Shown: positions 1 to 9,381 of the stretch, piece after piece | How the letters are laid out: each line of letters opens with the position of its first letter | Numbering within the stretch: position 1 is the stretch's first letter | IMG/VR virus record: IMGVR_UViG_3300033153_004539 | Span: 1 to 52,405 of that record | From: a virus | Taxonomy: Duplodnaviria; Caudoviricetes | Strand: one strand, 5' to 3' | DNA length: 52,405 nucleotides | Notes under the pieces: model-generated | Told to the model about the DNA's origin: nothing | Databases searched by the model: none | Seen by the model: only the letters and a program-made list of their open reading frames with translations | Program-made: the position numbers and the translations under genes

Positions 1-49
1 TCTTTACCTAATTTATCTAACCTGTCATCAATATGTTTGTAAAAGTTAT

Positions 50-391
50 TCATTTCATAACCTGTAAATACATGTGCCAGTTGGCAGGTTTGAATAGTTT
101 CTTATATTCCAGTTCGGTCACGGCGGATAGTACCCAGATTCCGACTCCCTTGGACGACCATTCGGGAAAGGTCTCAAGCTGTGCTGGGGTAAATTTATAC
201 CCAGTCGGCATTTTCATTTCTATCCACCGTGTACCGAACCGTAAGTGGTAAGCATATAAATCAGGGAACCCACTCTGATATATGTTACCGCTAGTCTCCT
301 TGACTCCCCAGTCTCTAGCTTTTAGGAACCTTATCATCGCTTTTTGTAGTATTGTTTCTGGTTTTCGTTTTCCTCCCCGTATTTGCCTCAT
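50..391 (-). CDS. VRR-NUC family (PD-(D/E)xK) nuclease / Holliday junction resolvase-like
   Basis: E-x-x-L-Q N-terminal helix, G-F-P-D-L, W-I-E-M-K and T-P-A-Q motifs; lies downstream of PolA. Confidence 0.8.
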   Translation of the reverse strand: MRQIRGGKRKPETILQKAMIRFLKARDWGVKETSGNIYQSGFPDLYAYHLRFGTRWIEMKMPTGYKFTPAQLETFPEWSSKGVGIWVLSAVTELEYKKLFKPANWHMYLQVMK

Positions 392-626
392 TATTTTTGT
401 ACCTGCAAAGAGTTAGTAAGAGTGTAGCTTCCGATAGATTCTCTTCATACTGTCTAACAGGCACTCTATTTAGTAACTGTATCTCTCTTAATAATTCTAT
501 AGCCTTCTGAAGCCAGTAATCAGAATTATCTGCCTCCAATAACAATTGTCTTGAGATAGATAAATCCTTACTCCTCGGATTTATCAATGACTTGTTGACT
601 ATCTGCTTTAACTCTGTGAACTTCAT
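315..626 (-). CDS. hypothetical protein
   Basis: 103-aa ORF in the operon, GAGG upstream of ATG. Confidence 0.55.
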   Translation of the reverse strand: MKFTELKQIVNKSLINPRSKDLSISRQLLLEADNSDYWLQKAIELLREIQLLNRVPVRQYEENLSEATLLLTLCRYKNNEANTGRKTKTRNNTTKSDDKVPKS

Positions 627-939
627 TATTAATAGCCTCCACTAAAGTAACCTTATTCATATCACAGTAATACTTAATGTTTAAAAACTTACATATCGCC
701 CTTAATTTTCTTACTCCTAACTGTTGGAATGGCTCTAGCTTCTCCCTACGTTTCTTAATAAATCTTTTGAAAAACTCATGGTCACCTGCCATTAGTGCTA
801 TTTGTATATCTTTTTTATCCTGGACGCTGGCTTTCTCATATACAAATTTAAAGTCAGCACTGTCTATATGGTAGTATAAGCTACGCCATTTTTTATACTC
901 ACACTCAGCTTTTTCACGCAATTTGTGAAGTGCGATCAT
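568..939 (-). CDS. hypothetical protein (C-terminal Rho-N/HeH-like helix pair possible)
   Basis: 123-aa ORF overlapping the polA stop (ATGA-type coupling); 'LGVRKLRAICKFLNIKYYCDMNKVTLVEAI'. Confidence 0.6.
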   Translation of the reverse strand: MIALHKLREKAECEYKKWRSLYYHIDSADFKFVYEKASVQDKKDIQIALMAGDHEFFKRFIKKRREKLEPFQQLGVRKLRAICKFLNIKYYCDMNKVTLVEAINNEVHRVKADSQQVIDKSEE

Positions 940-3122
940 TTATCAGCCCAACTTTTGAGGTCTCTATTCCACTCTATATCTAGTAGTGGTACTTTATCTT
1001 TAAAACTATTAACTGTATCGTATACTACTTTTTCTACTTTCTCAGCCATACATGGTTTCGTTGGACACATAATTTCATCGTGAATATTCATGGGTTGTAC
1101 TAACCACTGGCTTATACCATGTGGCTGTAAGTCCCAAATTTTCCTCTGTACTTCCTTTGTGATCTGTGCTCCCGACGATTGAATAACATGGTTACCAGCC
1201 GCTCGCATATTAGCACTTTGCAACGCAAATGCTGCGGCGTAGATTGCCGTTTGCGTAGCACCGGCGGCTGTCTGAGTTCTATCCTCTTTCCTGTTAACTT
1301 TAACATTTTTCTTGTGCCAGTCTTTAGGTATGCTATGGGCTAACTTAAACAACGCCTTACAGATATTGTTTTCTAGTGTAAAATCCCGTTCAAAACCTAA
1401 GAGTGAAGCAATACGGTTATCTGGTTCATGCCATTCTACTTTTGTACCTATACCACCTGGCTGTCTCATTGAGCAAAATCTGTCAGTAATAGTTTGACGT
1501 GCTAATGCTACACCAGGATACAATTTCATAAATTTTTGGTAGGCTTCTTCAGCTATCTCTTCAGGTACACCTAATCTAGTTTTAAGTGTGTATGCCTGAC
1601 CACCATAAATCATAGCAAACACAGCACTTTTTGATCTAGTATATTTCTCCTTATCTGCAATAATTTGTTCATATGTCATATTGGGATATACACACGTACC
1701 AAATACAGCATGTATACTTCTACCATTCTGTAAGTCTTTTCTTAACCTATCATCATGGTAAACTGCATCAGCTAAAACTACCTCGAAAGATACAAAGTCA
1801 CCACCACAAAGAACATAGCCGGGATCAGACAGTGGAAAGCACTCTCTGATATATTTCGATCTTTTGATCCCTTGGGGATTAAGTTTATCAGCCCCAGCCA
1901 TACGACTGCTAAGAGTGCCAATGACAACAAAACTAGCGTGAAACCTGCCGGCTCTAAGTAATTTAGTGAGTAAGTCGTATTCATTTTTTGCTTGTCTCGC
2001 TTCTAAAATCTCTTTAGCTACCTCTTGAGCAGGATGCTCGTCCCATTCATCACTATAAGCTATCCCCTCTAAAATTATACGCTTAGTTGAATTTTTTAGT
2101 ATTGCTAATTCTAATTCATCCATAACTTGTGACAGAGCTACCATAGCTTGTTTGGGTGCCATAGGCTTACCCTCATATTTTTTCTTAGCTTTATCTTTTA
2201 ATACTTCAATACTCTCTACATCTATAGCATAACCTTTCCATCTACAAGCTGCTACCATGCAGGCTAATTCTGAATCTGTATCACCTGGTTCTGGGCTACC
2301 TAAGTGTTTCCACAGTGCACGAGTATTTATTACATCATCCTCTGCGTACTGCCTAGCAATTTTATTATGGCTCCAATGTGATACGTGCATTTTTAACACA
2401 TCTTGCCACGGCTTGTTCTTATTGGCATCAGCAAAAGGAGCATAACCTAATTCTTCAGGGTACGCTCCTTTAGGTAAGTCATTCGCTGCCTCACTGTACT
2501 TAATAACTTCTTTACCTAGTGCATGTTTTACTAAGTTCTTAAGCGATGTTGATGCTCTAAATTTTAAGACTACATCTTTAAACGCTTTATCTTCCTCGTT
2601 ATCAAAAACTTTCCATTTAGGTAAATTTTGTTTCTTTCTATTAGCAAAATAAATATCATCTAACGGTATTCTTTTCTCCAGTTCCTCAGCAAGCTCGTAA
2701 GCCAGTACCCAGGGTACTTTACGTATACGAACGTCACTTCTATCCATAGTGCTTTGATACTTGCCTTTACGGGCGATTAGCATCAAATCACATGCAGCTT
2801 TAGGTTTCAAGCAAGGTCCGAACCTTGCCTCTCTTTCTACTTTAACCAGCTCCTTAATAATACTTGGCAAGCCTGCTGGGTACTCCCTGTCCTCTTTACT
2901 TAGGAGCCGCATCATAGTATAAATCTTACAAAATTGAAACATATCAAAAGCTAAATTGAAACCACACACCTCTTGATCCATCATCCATTCAATAAGTTCT
3001 AATGTTTTATTTGCTGTCTCGTCCCATATTGAGTATAGAGTAACAGGTCCATCATCGACTGCGTACTGGATTAACACAGGAACAGAGTACAAACCGCATG
3101 TCTCAGAATCTACTGTTAACAT
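936..3122 (-). CDS. polA: DNA polymerase family A with 3'-5' exonuclease domain
   Basis: ExoI DSET, ExoII FNLAFD, ExoIII YAEDD; motif A GGDFVSFE, motif B KSAVFAMIYG, motif C IHDE. Confidence 0.95.
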   Translation of the reverse strand: MLTVDSETCGLYSVPVLIQYAVDDGPVTLYSIWDETANKTLELIEWMMDQEVCGFNLAFDMFQFCKIYTMMRLLSKEDREYPAGLPSIIKELVKVEREARFGPCLKPKAACDLMLIARKGKYQSTMDRSDVRIRKVPWVLAYELAEELEKRIPLDDIYFANRKKQNLPKWKVFDNEEDKAFKDVVLKFRASTSLKNLVKHALGKEVIKYSEAANDLPKGAYPEELGYAPFADANKNKPWQDVLKMHVSHWSHNKIARQYAEDDVINTRALWKHLGSPEPGDTDSELACMVAACRWKGYAIDVESIEVLKDKAKKKYEGKPMAPKQAMVALSQVMDELELAILKNSTKRIILEGIAYSDEWDEHPAQEVAKEILEARQAKNEYDLLTKLLRAGRFHASFVVIGTLSSRMAGADKLNPQGIKRSKYIRECFPLSDPGYVLCGGDFVSFEVVLADAVYHDDRLRKDLQNGRSIHAVFGTCVYPNMTYEQIIADKEKYTRSKSAVFAMIYGGQAYTLKTRLGVPEEIAEEAYQKFMKLYPGVALARQTITDRFCSMRQPGGIGTKVEWHEPDNRIASLLGFERDFTLENNICKALFKLAHSIPKDWHKKNVKVNRKEDRTQTAAGATQTAIYAAAFALQSANMRAAGNHVIQSSGAQITKEVQRKIWDLQPHGISQWLVQPMNIHDEIMCPTKPCMAEKVEKVVYDTVNSFKDKVPLLDIEWNRDLKSWADK

Positions 3123-3124
3123 TT

Positions 3125-3316
3125 TTAATCTTTATTAGCGTTAATTTTTTCTATAATTTCGTCAAAAGTATCTGTAACATCTGCATAATCATTATCACCA
3201 TATTTTATTGTACGCCATTCACCCCCTTCAAGCACACTTATTATAAGATTGCTATCAATAGCTATCCTATTATTATTATTAGTAAGCGTGAAAGTTACTA
3301 GTTCAAATAATACCAT
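3125..3316 (-). CDS. small FlbD-like fold protein
   Basis: Pattern LVTFTL..IAIDSNLIISV..TIKY..VTDTFDEIIEKI resembles the FlbD family; GGAGG precedes the ATG at 3316. Confidence 0.5.
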   Translation of the reverse strand: MVLFELVTFTLTNNNNRIAIDSNLIISVLEGGEWRTIKYGDNDYADVTDTFDEIIEKINANKD

Positions 3317-3518
3317 TTTTAATTGACCTCCTACGTGCATTTGCACTAGTTCTTAATACATCAGCATGTGGATTAACAGTAACGAGACGTAGTTTTCTTT
3401 CTCTTTTGTTCCAGGTTTTTCGTATCTTTAAGCACTCTTCTTTAATTTTTTCTTGTGAAGGTATATAAGCACCTTCATCTGTTCTATGTTCCCTTAATGT
3501 TACTGGGTAGTATGTCAT
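3303..3518 (-). CDS. small basic hypothetical protein
   Basis: PSQEKIKEECLKIRKTWNKRERKLR motif; coupled to the ParB gene by ATGA. Confidence 0.6.
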   Translation of the reverse strand: MTYYPVTLREHRTDEGAYIPSQEKIKEECLKIRKTWNKRERKLRLVTVNPHADVLRTSANARRRSIKNGII

Positions 3519-4330
3519 ATTTTTGTGTCTTCATCTGGTTTTGTATAGTGTAGTCCAGCCTTATTGGCTATTTCAACTATATCATTAAAAATTTCTATAT
3601 CAGGTATTTCACCTGCCGCCCAAGCCAGTGTACGTGTACCAAAGTTATTACCTATATTCTTTTGGATATGGTTCATCATCTCCATTACTTCAGGTGTATT
3701 ACGTTGCTTGGTCTTAAACAACTTTCTCTTTTGTTTTTTAATATGTGGTACTTTTTCACCACGTACCTTAGCATGTTTAATTTTTGCTGCTAATTGTAGC
3801 TGCTCCTGCTTGTCTTTAATCCTAAAGAGATCACGTATTTGATTCTGTTTAATATATCCTGCGGCAGCAGCTTCTTGAATTTCTTCAGGTAATTGTAATA
3901 GTTCGTAACGCATACGAACCCACGTATTACTCTTACCTAAAGCCATAGCTACAGCATCAACAGAGAATCCTTTCTCTTTAAGTCTGTCTAATGCCTTAGC
4001 CTCTTGTAAAATATTTAATTGTTTACGGTGGATATTTTCTGCTAGATTTGATACTAACGCTCTACCTTCATCGACATCTTCTTTAACAATAGCTGGGATA
4101 GTTTCTCTCTTAAGCACCTCGTGTGCTTTAAGTCTTCTGTGCCCTGCTATAGTTTTATAATTATATTTACCATTTTGATACCTTTGAACAATAATAGGCT
4201 GCATAAGCCCATTACGTTCTATATCTCTAGCTAACTCCACTACATCTATAGGAGCAATAGCACCCCTGCAATTGAAAAATGGGTCAGAAAATATCTTTTT
4301 GATAGGTAGCAGTTCTATAGTATCAACCAT
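3515..4330 (-). CDS. ParB/Spo0J-family protein (ParB-N + HTH)
   Basis: GLMQPIIV, IAGHRRLKA (CTP-binding box), ENIHRKQL, HTH AVAMALGKSNTWV. Confidence 0.9.
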   Translation of the reverse strand: MVDTIELLPIKKIFSDPFFNCRGAIAPIDVVELARDIERNGLMQPIIVQRYQNGKYNYKTIAGHRRLKAHEVLKRETIPAIVKEDVDEGRALVSNLAENIHRKQLNILQEAKALDRLKEKGFSVDAVAMALGKSNTWVRMRYELLQLPEEIQEAAAAGYIKQNQIRDLFRIKDKQEQLQLAAKIKHAKVRGEKVPHIKKQKRKLFKTKQRNTPEVMEMMNHIQKNIGNNFGTRTLAWAAGEIPDIEIFNDIVEIANKAGLHYTKPDEDTKI

Positions 4331-4373
4331 TAAATCTCTCCAGTAAGCAGAATCCAGTACACATGGTACTAGA

Positions 4374-4988
4374 TCAATCTATAGTTACGTACTTTTTCCA
4401 AGTTAAATCTACAAAGTAAATTGTTCCCGTACCTATTTTATACTCCTTATTTTTATAGCCTGGTATCTTGTGATTATAACTTACTATTTTACATGCTCCT
4501 AATTTAGGAACCAGCTCACCCATAAGCTCATCACCTAAGTACATAGTAACTATTGTTGCTTTATTTAATATATACTTTGTAGCATCACCAGTATATATTT
4601 TTTGTATTAGCCCTGCTTGTACCATTCTACGTCTAGCAAGTTCAGCGACCTCTGGTCTAATTTCTATACCGTGTACATAACAGCCAAACACTCTTCTAGC
4701 TTCAATAAGTACACGCCCATCACCACAACCTAAATCATAAAGTATGTCTTTCTTAGTTGGTTGTACTATTTCTAACATACGCCTTACTACTTCCATAGGC
4801 GTAGAATCTATTACTATAGCATGTAGAGCCTCGTGATGGTCTATCAATTGTTGTGACCCCATACCTGTAGTATCTACACTGTGACCTACACGTAAATGAT
4901 TACGATTACACATATCACAGTAGTAATCAGGACACCACCTACCATCACCATGTGCTAAAATAATAGCGGCTAAGATTAAAGTTTTCAT
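4374..4988 (-). CDS. class I SAM-dependent methyltransferase with N-terminal signal peptide and Cys/His-rich segment
   Basis: Motif I LYDLGCGDGR, GIEI, GDA, ATIVTMYL; N-terminus MKTLILAAIILA then CxxxxCxxC..H..H..HH..H. Confidence 0.85.
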   Translation of the reverse strand: MKTLILAAIILAHGDGRWCPDYYCDMCNRNHLRVGHSVDTTGMGSQQLIDHHEALHAIVIDSTPMEVVRRMLEIVQPTKKDILYDLGCGDGRVLIEARRVFGCYVHGIEIRPEVAELARRRMVQAGLIQKIYTGDATKYILNKATIVTMYLGDELMGELVPKLGACKIVSYNHKIPGYKNKEYKIGTGTIYFVDLTWKKYVTID

Positions 4989-5305
4989 TTCTTTACTTTT
5001 TTCAGTTTCTCAATGAACTCTTCGGCTTCTTTAAGATCTTCCTCAGTCATAATACCTTTATTGATAAAATTAGCATCACCTAAGGCATTAAGCTCTTGAG
5101 CTAACACTAGAGTAAACTGTGACATTGCTGCTGCAACAGTTTGATTATTAATTAACCACTTCCAAAAGGTTTGTACATTGGCACCATCCATATCCGAATA
5201 AACAGCTACAGGTGTTATACTAGCAATGACTTTACCGTTCTCGGTTAAGTGTACGCCACCAACAATGAAACCATAATCTTTATTATTCGTCATCAAGCAC
5301 ATCAC
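4985..5305 (-). CDS. hypothetical protein
   Basis: 106-aa ORF coupled to neighbours; true start uncertain. Confidence 0.55.
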   Translation of the reverse strand: MMCLMTNNKDYGFIVGGVHLTENGKVIASITPVAVYSDMDGANVQTFWKWLINNQTVAAAMSQFTLVLAQELNALGDANFINKGIMTEEDLKEAEEFIEKLKKVKK

Positions 5306-5570
5306 TTTCTACTGGGGTAAAGGAATAACTAGTTTTAATTTTTGGGTTAGAAACACAATTCTTACATTTCAGGCCGCTAACAAATTTCTTAGCATCAACT
5401 AACTGTCTCTCTGGTGTAGCTTTTGCTACAGAGTATCTAGCCCAGATTGACTCGGCTTTACTTTCGTCAGTAAGAATGCTGCTACCACAAGCTGGACATT
5501 TAATATCCAACAGCTCTTGGGCTTGATTGACTCTGATTACCATTACTTTACTCCTAAACATTTTGGACAA
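5283..5570 (-). CDS. small zinc-ribbon protein
   Basis: CPAC...CKNC; the likely start is near 5543 (AGGAG upstream). Confidence 0.55.
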   Translation of the reverse strand: MSKMFRSKVMVIRVNQAQELLDIKCPACGSSILTDESKAESIWARYSVAKATPERQLVDAKKFVSGLKCKNCVSNPKIKTSYSFTPVESDVLDDE

Positions 5571-5926
5571 ACTTCGTACAATTTATCTTTCGCACTAGTT
5601 AACTTCATACCCCAATTATCTAATCCAGTACACATAATCCAGTACGCTTCAGCCTTGTAATCAGTATTTAATAATTTCTTATTACATCTTTTACATTTAA
5701 GCATACGTAAGTGTGCTACAGCATGATGTTTGGGGCATAGCATTATTATGTCATTAACATGTTCTTTATTAAAACGTACATAAGTTAGATGGTGTGCATG
5801 TAACTCATAATGTATTGTACACCTAGTTTTTCTATTTAATTTAGGATAGACTACTGGATTATATATGAACTCACATCTACTCTTAGCTAATACCATTCTC
5901 CGTCTTCTTGTAGATTGTCTTACCAT
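5543..5926 (-). CDS. HNH-like endonuclease with C-terminal zinc finger
   Basis: LHAHHLTY..LCPKHHAVAH followed by CKRC..CPKC. Confidence 0.7.
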   Translation of the reverse strand: MVRQSTRRRRMVLAKSRCEFIYNPVVYPKLNRKTRCTIHYELHAHHLTYVRFNKEHVNDIIMLCPKHHAVAHLRMLKCKRCNKKLLNTDYKAEAYWIMCTGLDNWGMKLTSAKDKLYEVCPKCLGVK

Positions 5927-5932
5927 TTATTT

Positions 5933-7786
5933 TTACATATGTTCCTTGAGCTTACCTAATGATAAATTTTGCAAGTCTATTTTATTGTCTAAGTTATCCA
6001 GTATATACTCGTCCACTGGTAAATGTATTACATCAATAACTTTAGCACCTAAATTTAAATCCATACCCGGTCTATGAATACGAGCCATAATTTGTATACG
6101 GTCTTCAGCATTAAAAGTATTGCTCCAGCAAAATAAGCTAGGAGAAGCAGTAAGCGTAATACCCATACCAGCGGCACCTGGTTGACCTACAAAAGCTATT
6201 TTGCGGTTAACATCTTTATTCTGGAAAGTGTTAAGCATCTCTTCAGGTGTTACAGGTTGTTCAAAAGTACCATCACCAGTAAGGTACATCCAACCTCTAC
6301 CGTCAACACGTACTACGTCCCATTTATATTTTAATGCTACCTTGCAAACCCTATCGACAGACGCTCTAAAGCCAGCATATACAACAAAACGCCCAATAGA
6401 TTCATGCTCATCAAGAAGATCAGCAAGCAACCTTTCTTTAGGGCAATCAACCTCGACTGTTTTACGTATTTCTTTTGGTATTTTACCAGTTGCTTTACAA
6501 TTAGGGCAGTCAATAATCAACTCTCTTTTAATCTTATTGTCTTCAAGTTCGTATTCTTTAGCTTTACCTGTTCCTTCACATCTAGTACATTTTACTGTCT
6601 CTTCATCTGATACAGTATCAATATATTGAAAGCCATCACTAAGTTCACGTATTAATATTAGAGCTGTTATAGTTCTACTGGCTTGTGATTTGATTAGACT
6701 CAGCTTACGTAGTGTAGATTTGCTGGGTTCTAATGTGTGCCGCACATAGTGCATTTCTGGTAAATCTAAACAGTCTTTCTTAAACTGTGTTATTACCAGA
6801 CCCTCCATACGGCCATATAAATCTTTAACTTCGTTAATTGAAGGAGTCCAAGCATGTTGACTAACTAATGGATCAGTATGTTCCTCTGGTACTTGACCAC
6901 AGATATTACATTTACGTTCATCATCCAACCAAGTTACTAACTCTGGAAAAGTCTTACCACTACTTGGGCTTTCTCTTTCAACTGTTATACTTAGCCTACG
7001 TCTGAATTTAAAATATTCACCCTCTTTAATGAAACCAGGACAAGCTACTTCTAGTTGATGCCACCAGTCACCTGGATTGCGTGGAGCAGGGGAACCTGTC
7101 ATAAGAATAATATAACAATTTGTTCCATACTTCTTACGCATTTCTTCAACAACTATAGAAGCTGCTTGTGATCTCTGTGCTGTATGTGTTTTAATCTTGG
7201 AAGATTCATCAAAAATTATACCCTTAGGTATCCATACATCATCAGCTTGTACGGCATTACGAAGACCTTCATAAGTCATTAAAATGGGTTGTACTTTGCA
7301 GCCCCACTTTGACATTTCTATCCGAGCAGCAGCTAACGCACTTCTTGGTCCTATCCATAACCAGTCGGTTGTGCCTGAATTCTCCATTACCTCTATAGCA
7401 GCAAGTGTTTTACCTAGACCCATTTCACAAGCAAACATACACTGTTTACGTGTAAGACCAAACTGTACCATTACTTTCTGGTTATCAAACAACGGCCTAC
7501 CAGTAGGTGGTAGATCTATTAAAGATTCCTCGTATCTTTTGTACGGGTCTTTACCCATAAGATACTGTATTTGAAACCAGTTACGTATACAATTCTTAGC
7601 TGACCATATTTTCTTAGGGTTAACATCATCATAGCCATGATACTTATGGCCCGCCATTTGTTTTATTTCATCTTTAAGCTTCAAGTTAAAGGGAAAATCA
7701 AATCTAATACGTCTATCGTCAACTTCCATGGTTACTGGAACCATTAAGTTACCGCCACGCATTTTTGTTCTATAAATCTTACTCAC
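5933..7786 (-). CDS. SNF2-like SF2 helicase with inserted zinc-finger modules
   Basis: Walker A CEMGLGKT, Walker B IIFDESS, MTGSP, GMGITLT, QIMARIHRPG. Confidence 0.9.
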   Translation of the reverse strand: MSKIYRTKMRGGNLMVPVTMEVDDRRIRFDFPFNLKLKDEIKQMAGHKYHGYDDVNPKKIWSAKNCIRNWFQIQYLMGKDPYKRYEESLIDLPPTGRPLFDNQKVMVQFGLTRKQCMFACEMGLGKTLAAIEVMENSGTTDWLWIGPRSALAAARIEMSKWGCKVQPILMTYEGLRNAVQADDVWIPKGIIFDESSKIKTHTAQRSQAASIVVEEMRKKYGTNCYIILMTGSPAPRNPGDWWHQLEVACPGFIKEGEYFKFRRRLSITVERESPSSGKTFPELVTWLDDERKCNICGQVPEEHTDPLVSQHAWTPSINEVKDLYGRMEGLVITQFKKDCLDLPEMHYVRHTLEPSKSTLRKLSLIKSQASRTITALILIRELSDGFQYIDTVSDEETVKCTRCEGTGKAKEYELEDNKIKRELIIDCPNCKATGKIPKEIRKTVEVDCPKERLLADLLDEHESIGRFVVYAGFRASVDRVCKVALKYKWDVVRVDGRGWMYLTGDGTFEQPVTPEEMLNTFQNKDVNRKIAFVGQPGAAGMGITLTASPSLFCWSNTFNAEDRIQIMARIHRPGMDLNLGAKVIDVIHLPVDEYILDNLDNKIDLQNLSLGKLKEHM

Positions 7787-7958
7787 CTTTGTTTACCCCT
7801 GTACTGCGTATATAAGTTTTTAATAAATCCATCGCTTCTGCTTCTTTGAAACCTTCTGCTATTAATCCTTTATATATTCTCCACCACATCGGAGGAAAAG
7901 CCTCTGCAATAAGGGCACTGGCTTGATCTAAGTTTGCTTTATCTCTGTCATTTAACAT
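7779..7958 (-). CDS. small hypothetical protein, 59 aa, absent from the ORF track
   Basis: Manual translation MLNDRDKANLDQASALIAEAFPPMWWRIYKGLIAEGFKEAEAMDLLKTYIRSTGVNKGE*; fills the gap exactly and overlaps the helicase start. Confidence 0.7.
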   Translation of the reverse strand: MLNDRDKANLDQASALIAEAFPPMWWRIYKGLIAEGFKEAEAMDLLKTYIRSTGVNKGE

Positions 7959-8141
7959 TTAATTATCCTGTGTATTGGGTTTGAGTGCTCCGCGTACTGG
8001 ATTTTTATTCATTTTAATAATTTCATCAACACACTTTCTTGTTGATTGATCTTTATCAGTTATTGTTAATATTAGTGCATCAATAATAAACTGATCCTTA
8101 GGTATTAAGGACTCATAAGCTTTTAATACTTCTTGGTTCAT
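7959..8141 (-). CDS. hypothetical protein
   Basis: 60-aa ORF, GAGG RBS, ATGA overlap. Confidence 0.5.
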   Translation of the reverse strand: MNQEVLKAYESLIPKDQFIIDALILTITDKDQSTRKCVDEIIKMNKNPVRGALKPNTQDN

Positions 8142-8677
8142 TTCTTTACCTCTAGTTTGAAGCTATCATCACCCATATCAATCTTAACCCAACGGTCAAA
8201 AATATTACCTAAGCCTTTTTTCTCAAACCATAACATAACTTTATTAAAAATTAGTCTGGTTTCTCTGTCGTTAACTTGCGACGAGCAGTGTGTTATCGCA
8301 GTGTGCCAAGACTGTAGATGTGCAGACATAATGCCTACATTAAAGTCTTTAGCTTCTGTTTGTAATATATCTAATTGAGTATATGCCTGTAATATTTGTA
8401 GTGTCTCTTTAGACGCTACAACAAGGAACGCATAACTTAAATATTGACCAACAAAAGGTAAGCATGACCTTAACACATTAAGCGGATCACTAGGCATAGC
8501 TCTAATAGAGTATAGAGCTACAAGAGCTTGAGCTGGTTCTTCCAAATCTATTGATGATAGGTCAGAAGCAGCTGTTAACTTTTTACCAGCTAACTCGTTA
8601 AAGTTATCTAGTAAATCATGCCAATGAATATTTGGCTCAATAATCGGTATTATTTCTGGGACCATTCGACTGTCCAT
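8138..8677 (-). CDS. hypothetical protein
   Basis: 179-aa ORF in the operon. Confidence 0.65.
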   Translation of the reverse strand: MDSRMVPEIIPIIEPNIHWHDLLDNFNELAGKKLTAASDLSSIDLEEPAQALVALYSIRAMPSDPLNVLRSCLPFVGQYLSYAFLVVASKETLQILQAYTQLDILQTEAKDFNVGIMSAHLQSWHTAITHCSSQVNDRETRLIFNKVMLWFEKKGLGNIFDRWVKIDMGDDSFKLEVKK

Positions 8678-8892
8678 CCTGAGTTAGGTAACTCAATAGC
8701 ACTTTCTAATCTTTGGTGACCATTAATTAATTTAAATGTACATTCAATAAGTACAGTACCAAATGTATCAGATAATCTCATAATTGTTGGATCAGGTACT
8801 ATTAGCTTCTTAGGCTGTACTATAGTATGGAACCCACCAGGGCATAGAGCTAATCCAGTAAGCAGTTTTAATGTGTCTCTACGACTTACCAT
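8650..8892 (-). CDS. small protein with twin-arginine (Tat)-like leader
   Basis: SRRDTLKLLTGLAL. Confidence 0.6.
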   Translation of the reverse strand: MVSRRDTLKLLTGLALCPGGFHTIVQPKKLIVPDPTIMRLSDTFGTVLIECTFKLINGHQRLESAIELPNSGWTVEWSQK

Positions 8893-9098
8893 ATTGCTAA
8901 TATATCCTTAGAAGGTTCTGGTTCCCAACTCTTAATAAATTTTAATCTAATTATACCATCAACTAAATAATAATGAAACTCTCTACCAACACCATTTTTA
9001 ATATGTACCATCATAAATGCAGGTACTATGAGCTTTGGCTGTATGATAGTATGGAACCCACCAGGGCATAGAGCTAATCCAGTAAGCAGTTTTAATGT
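8822..9098. repeat. 53-bp perfect direct repeat (8822-8874 and 9046-9098)
   Basis: atagtatggaacccaccagggcatagagctaatccagtaagcagttttaatgt occurs twice. Confidence 0.95.
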
Positions 9099-9116
9099 AT
9101 TACGTCTACTTATCAT
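8886..9116 (-). CDS. small protein with twin-arginine (Tat)-like leader, paralogous N-terminus
   Basis: SRRNTLKLLTGLAL; AGGAG RBS. Confidence 0.6.
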   Translation of the reverse strand: MISRRNTLKLLTGLALCPGGFHTIIQPKLIVPAFMMVHIKNGVGREFHYYLVDGIIRLKFIKSWEPEPSKDILAIW

Positions 9117-9381
9117 TATATCTCCTAAACAATTTTAACAGTGCTTGCCTAAGAGATACATCTTCGTGAACCCAGAAGGTTATATCTAAGTCATCAACAC
9201 GCATGTACTCTTTTTTATAAATATGTATTTTGTGTGTAAGATCAGCGGGTACTGGCTTACTAAATATACCAATATGGACACCAGGTTCTTCAAGAACTTC
9301 TAATATATCATACGTACATTCTATTCTTTTACCATCGGCGGGTCCACCGATACAAACATATGTGTTATTTATCATACCCAA
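9106..9381 (-). CDS. hypothetical phage protein (GGPxDG motif)
   Basis: CIGGPADG N-terminal motif, common in small phage proteins. Confidence 0.6.
   Translation of the reverse strand: MGMINNTYVCIGGPADGKRIECTYDILEVLEEPGVHIGIFSKPVPADLTHKIHIYKKEYMRVDDLDITFWVHEDVSLRQALLKLFRRYNDK

Noticed and set aside
315-626. Long gene overlaps (315-391, 568-626, also 39421-39536) as evidence of recoding
   Set aside because: Explained by ordinary run-on C-termini into the next gene; no consistent slippery or read-through signal
4374-4988. DNA methyltransferase / restriction-modification
   Set aside because: Lacks DPPY/NPPY and PC motifs; no cognate endonuclease adjacent
8138-8677. ThyX-like thymidylate synthase
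   Set aside because: The overall pattern is faintly reminiscent, but the RHRxxSxxxxSxR motif is absent
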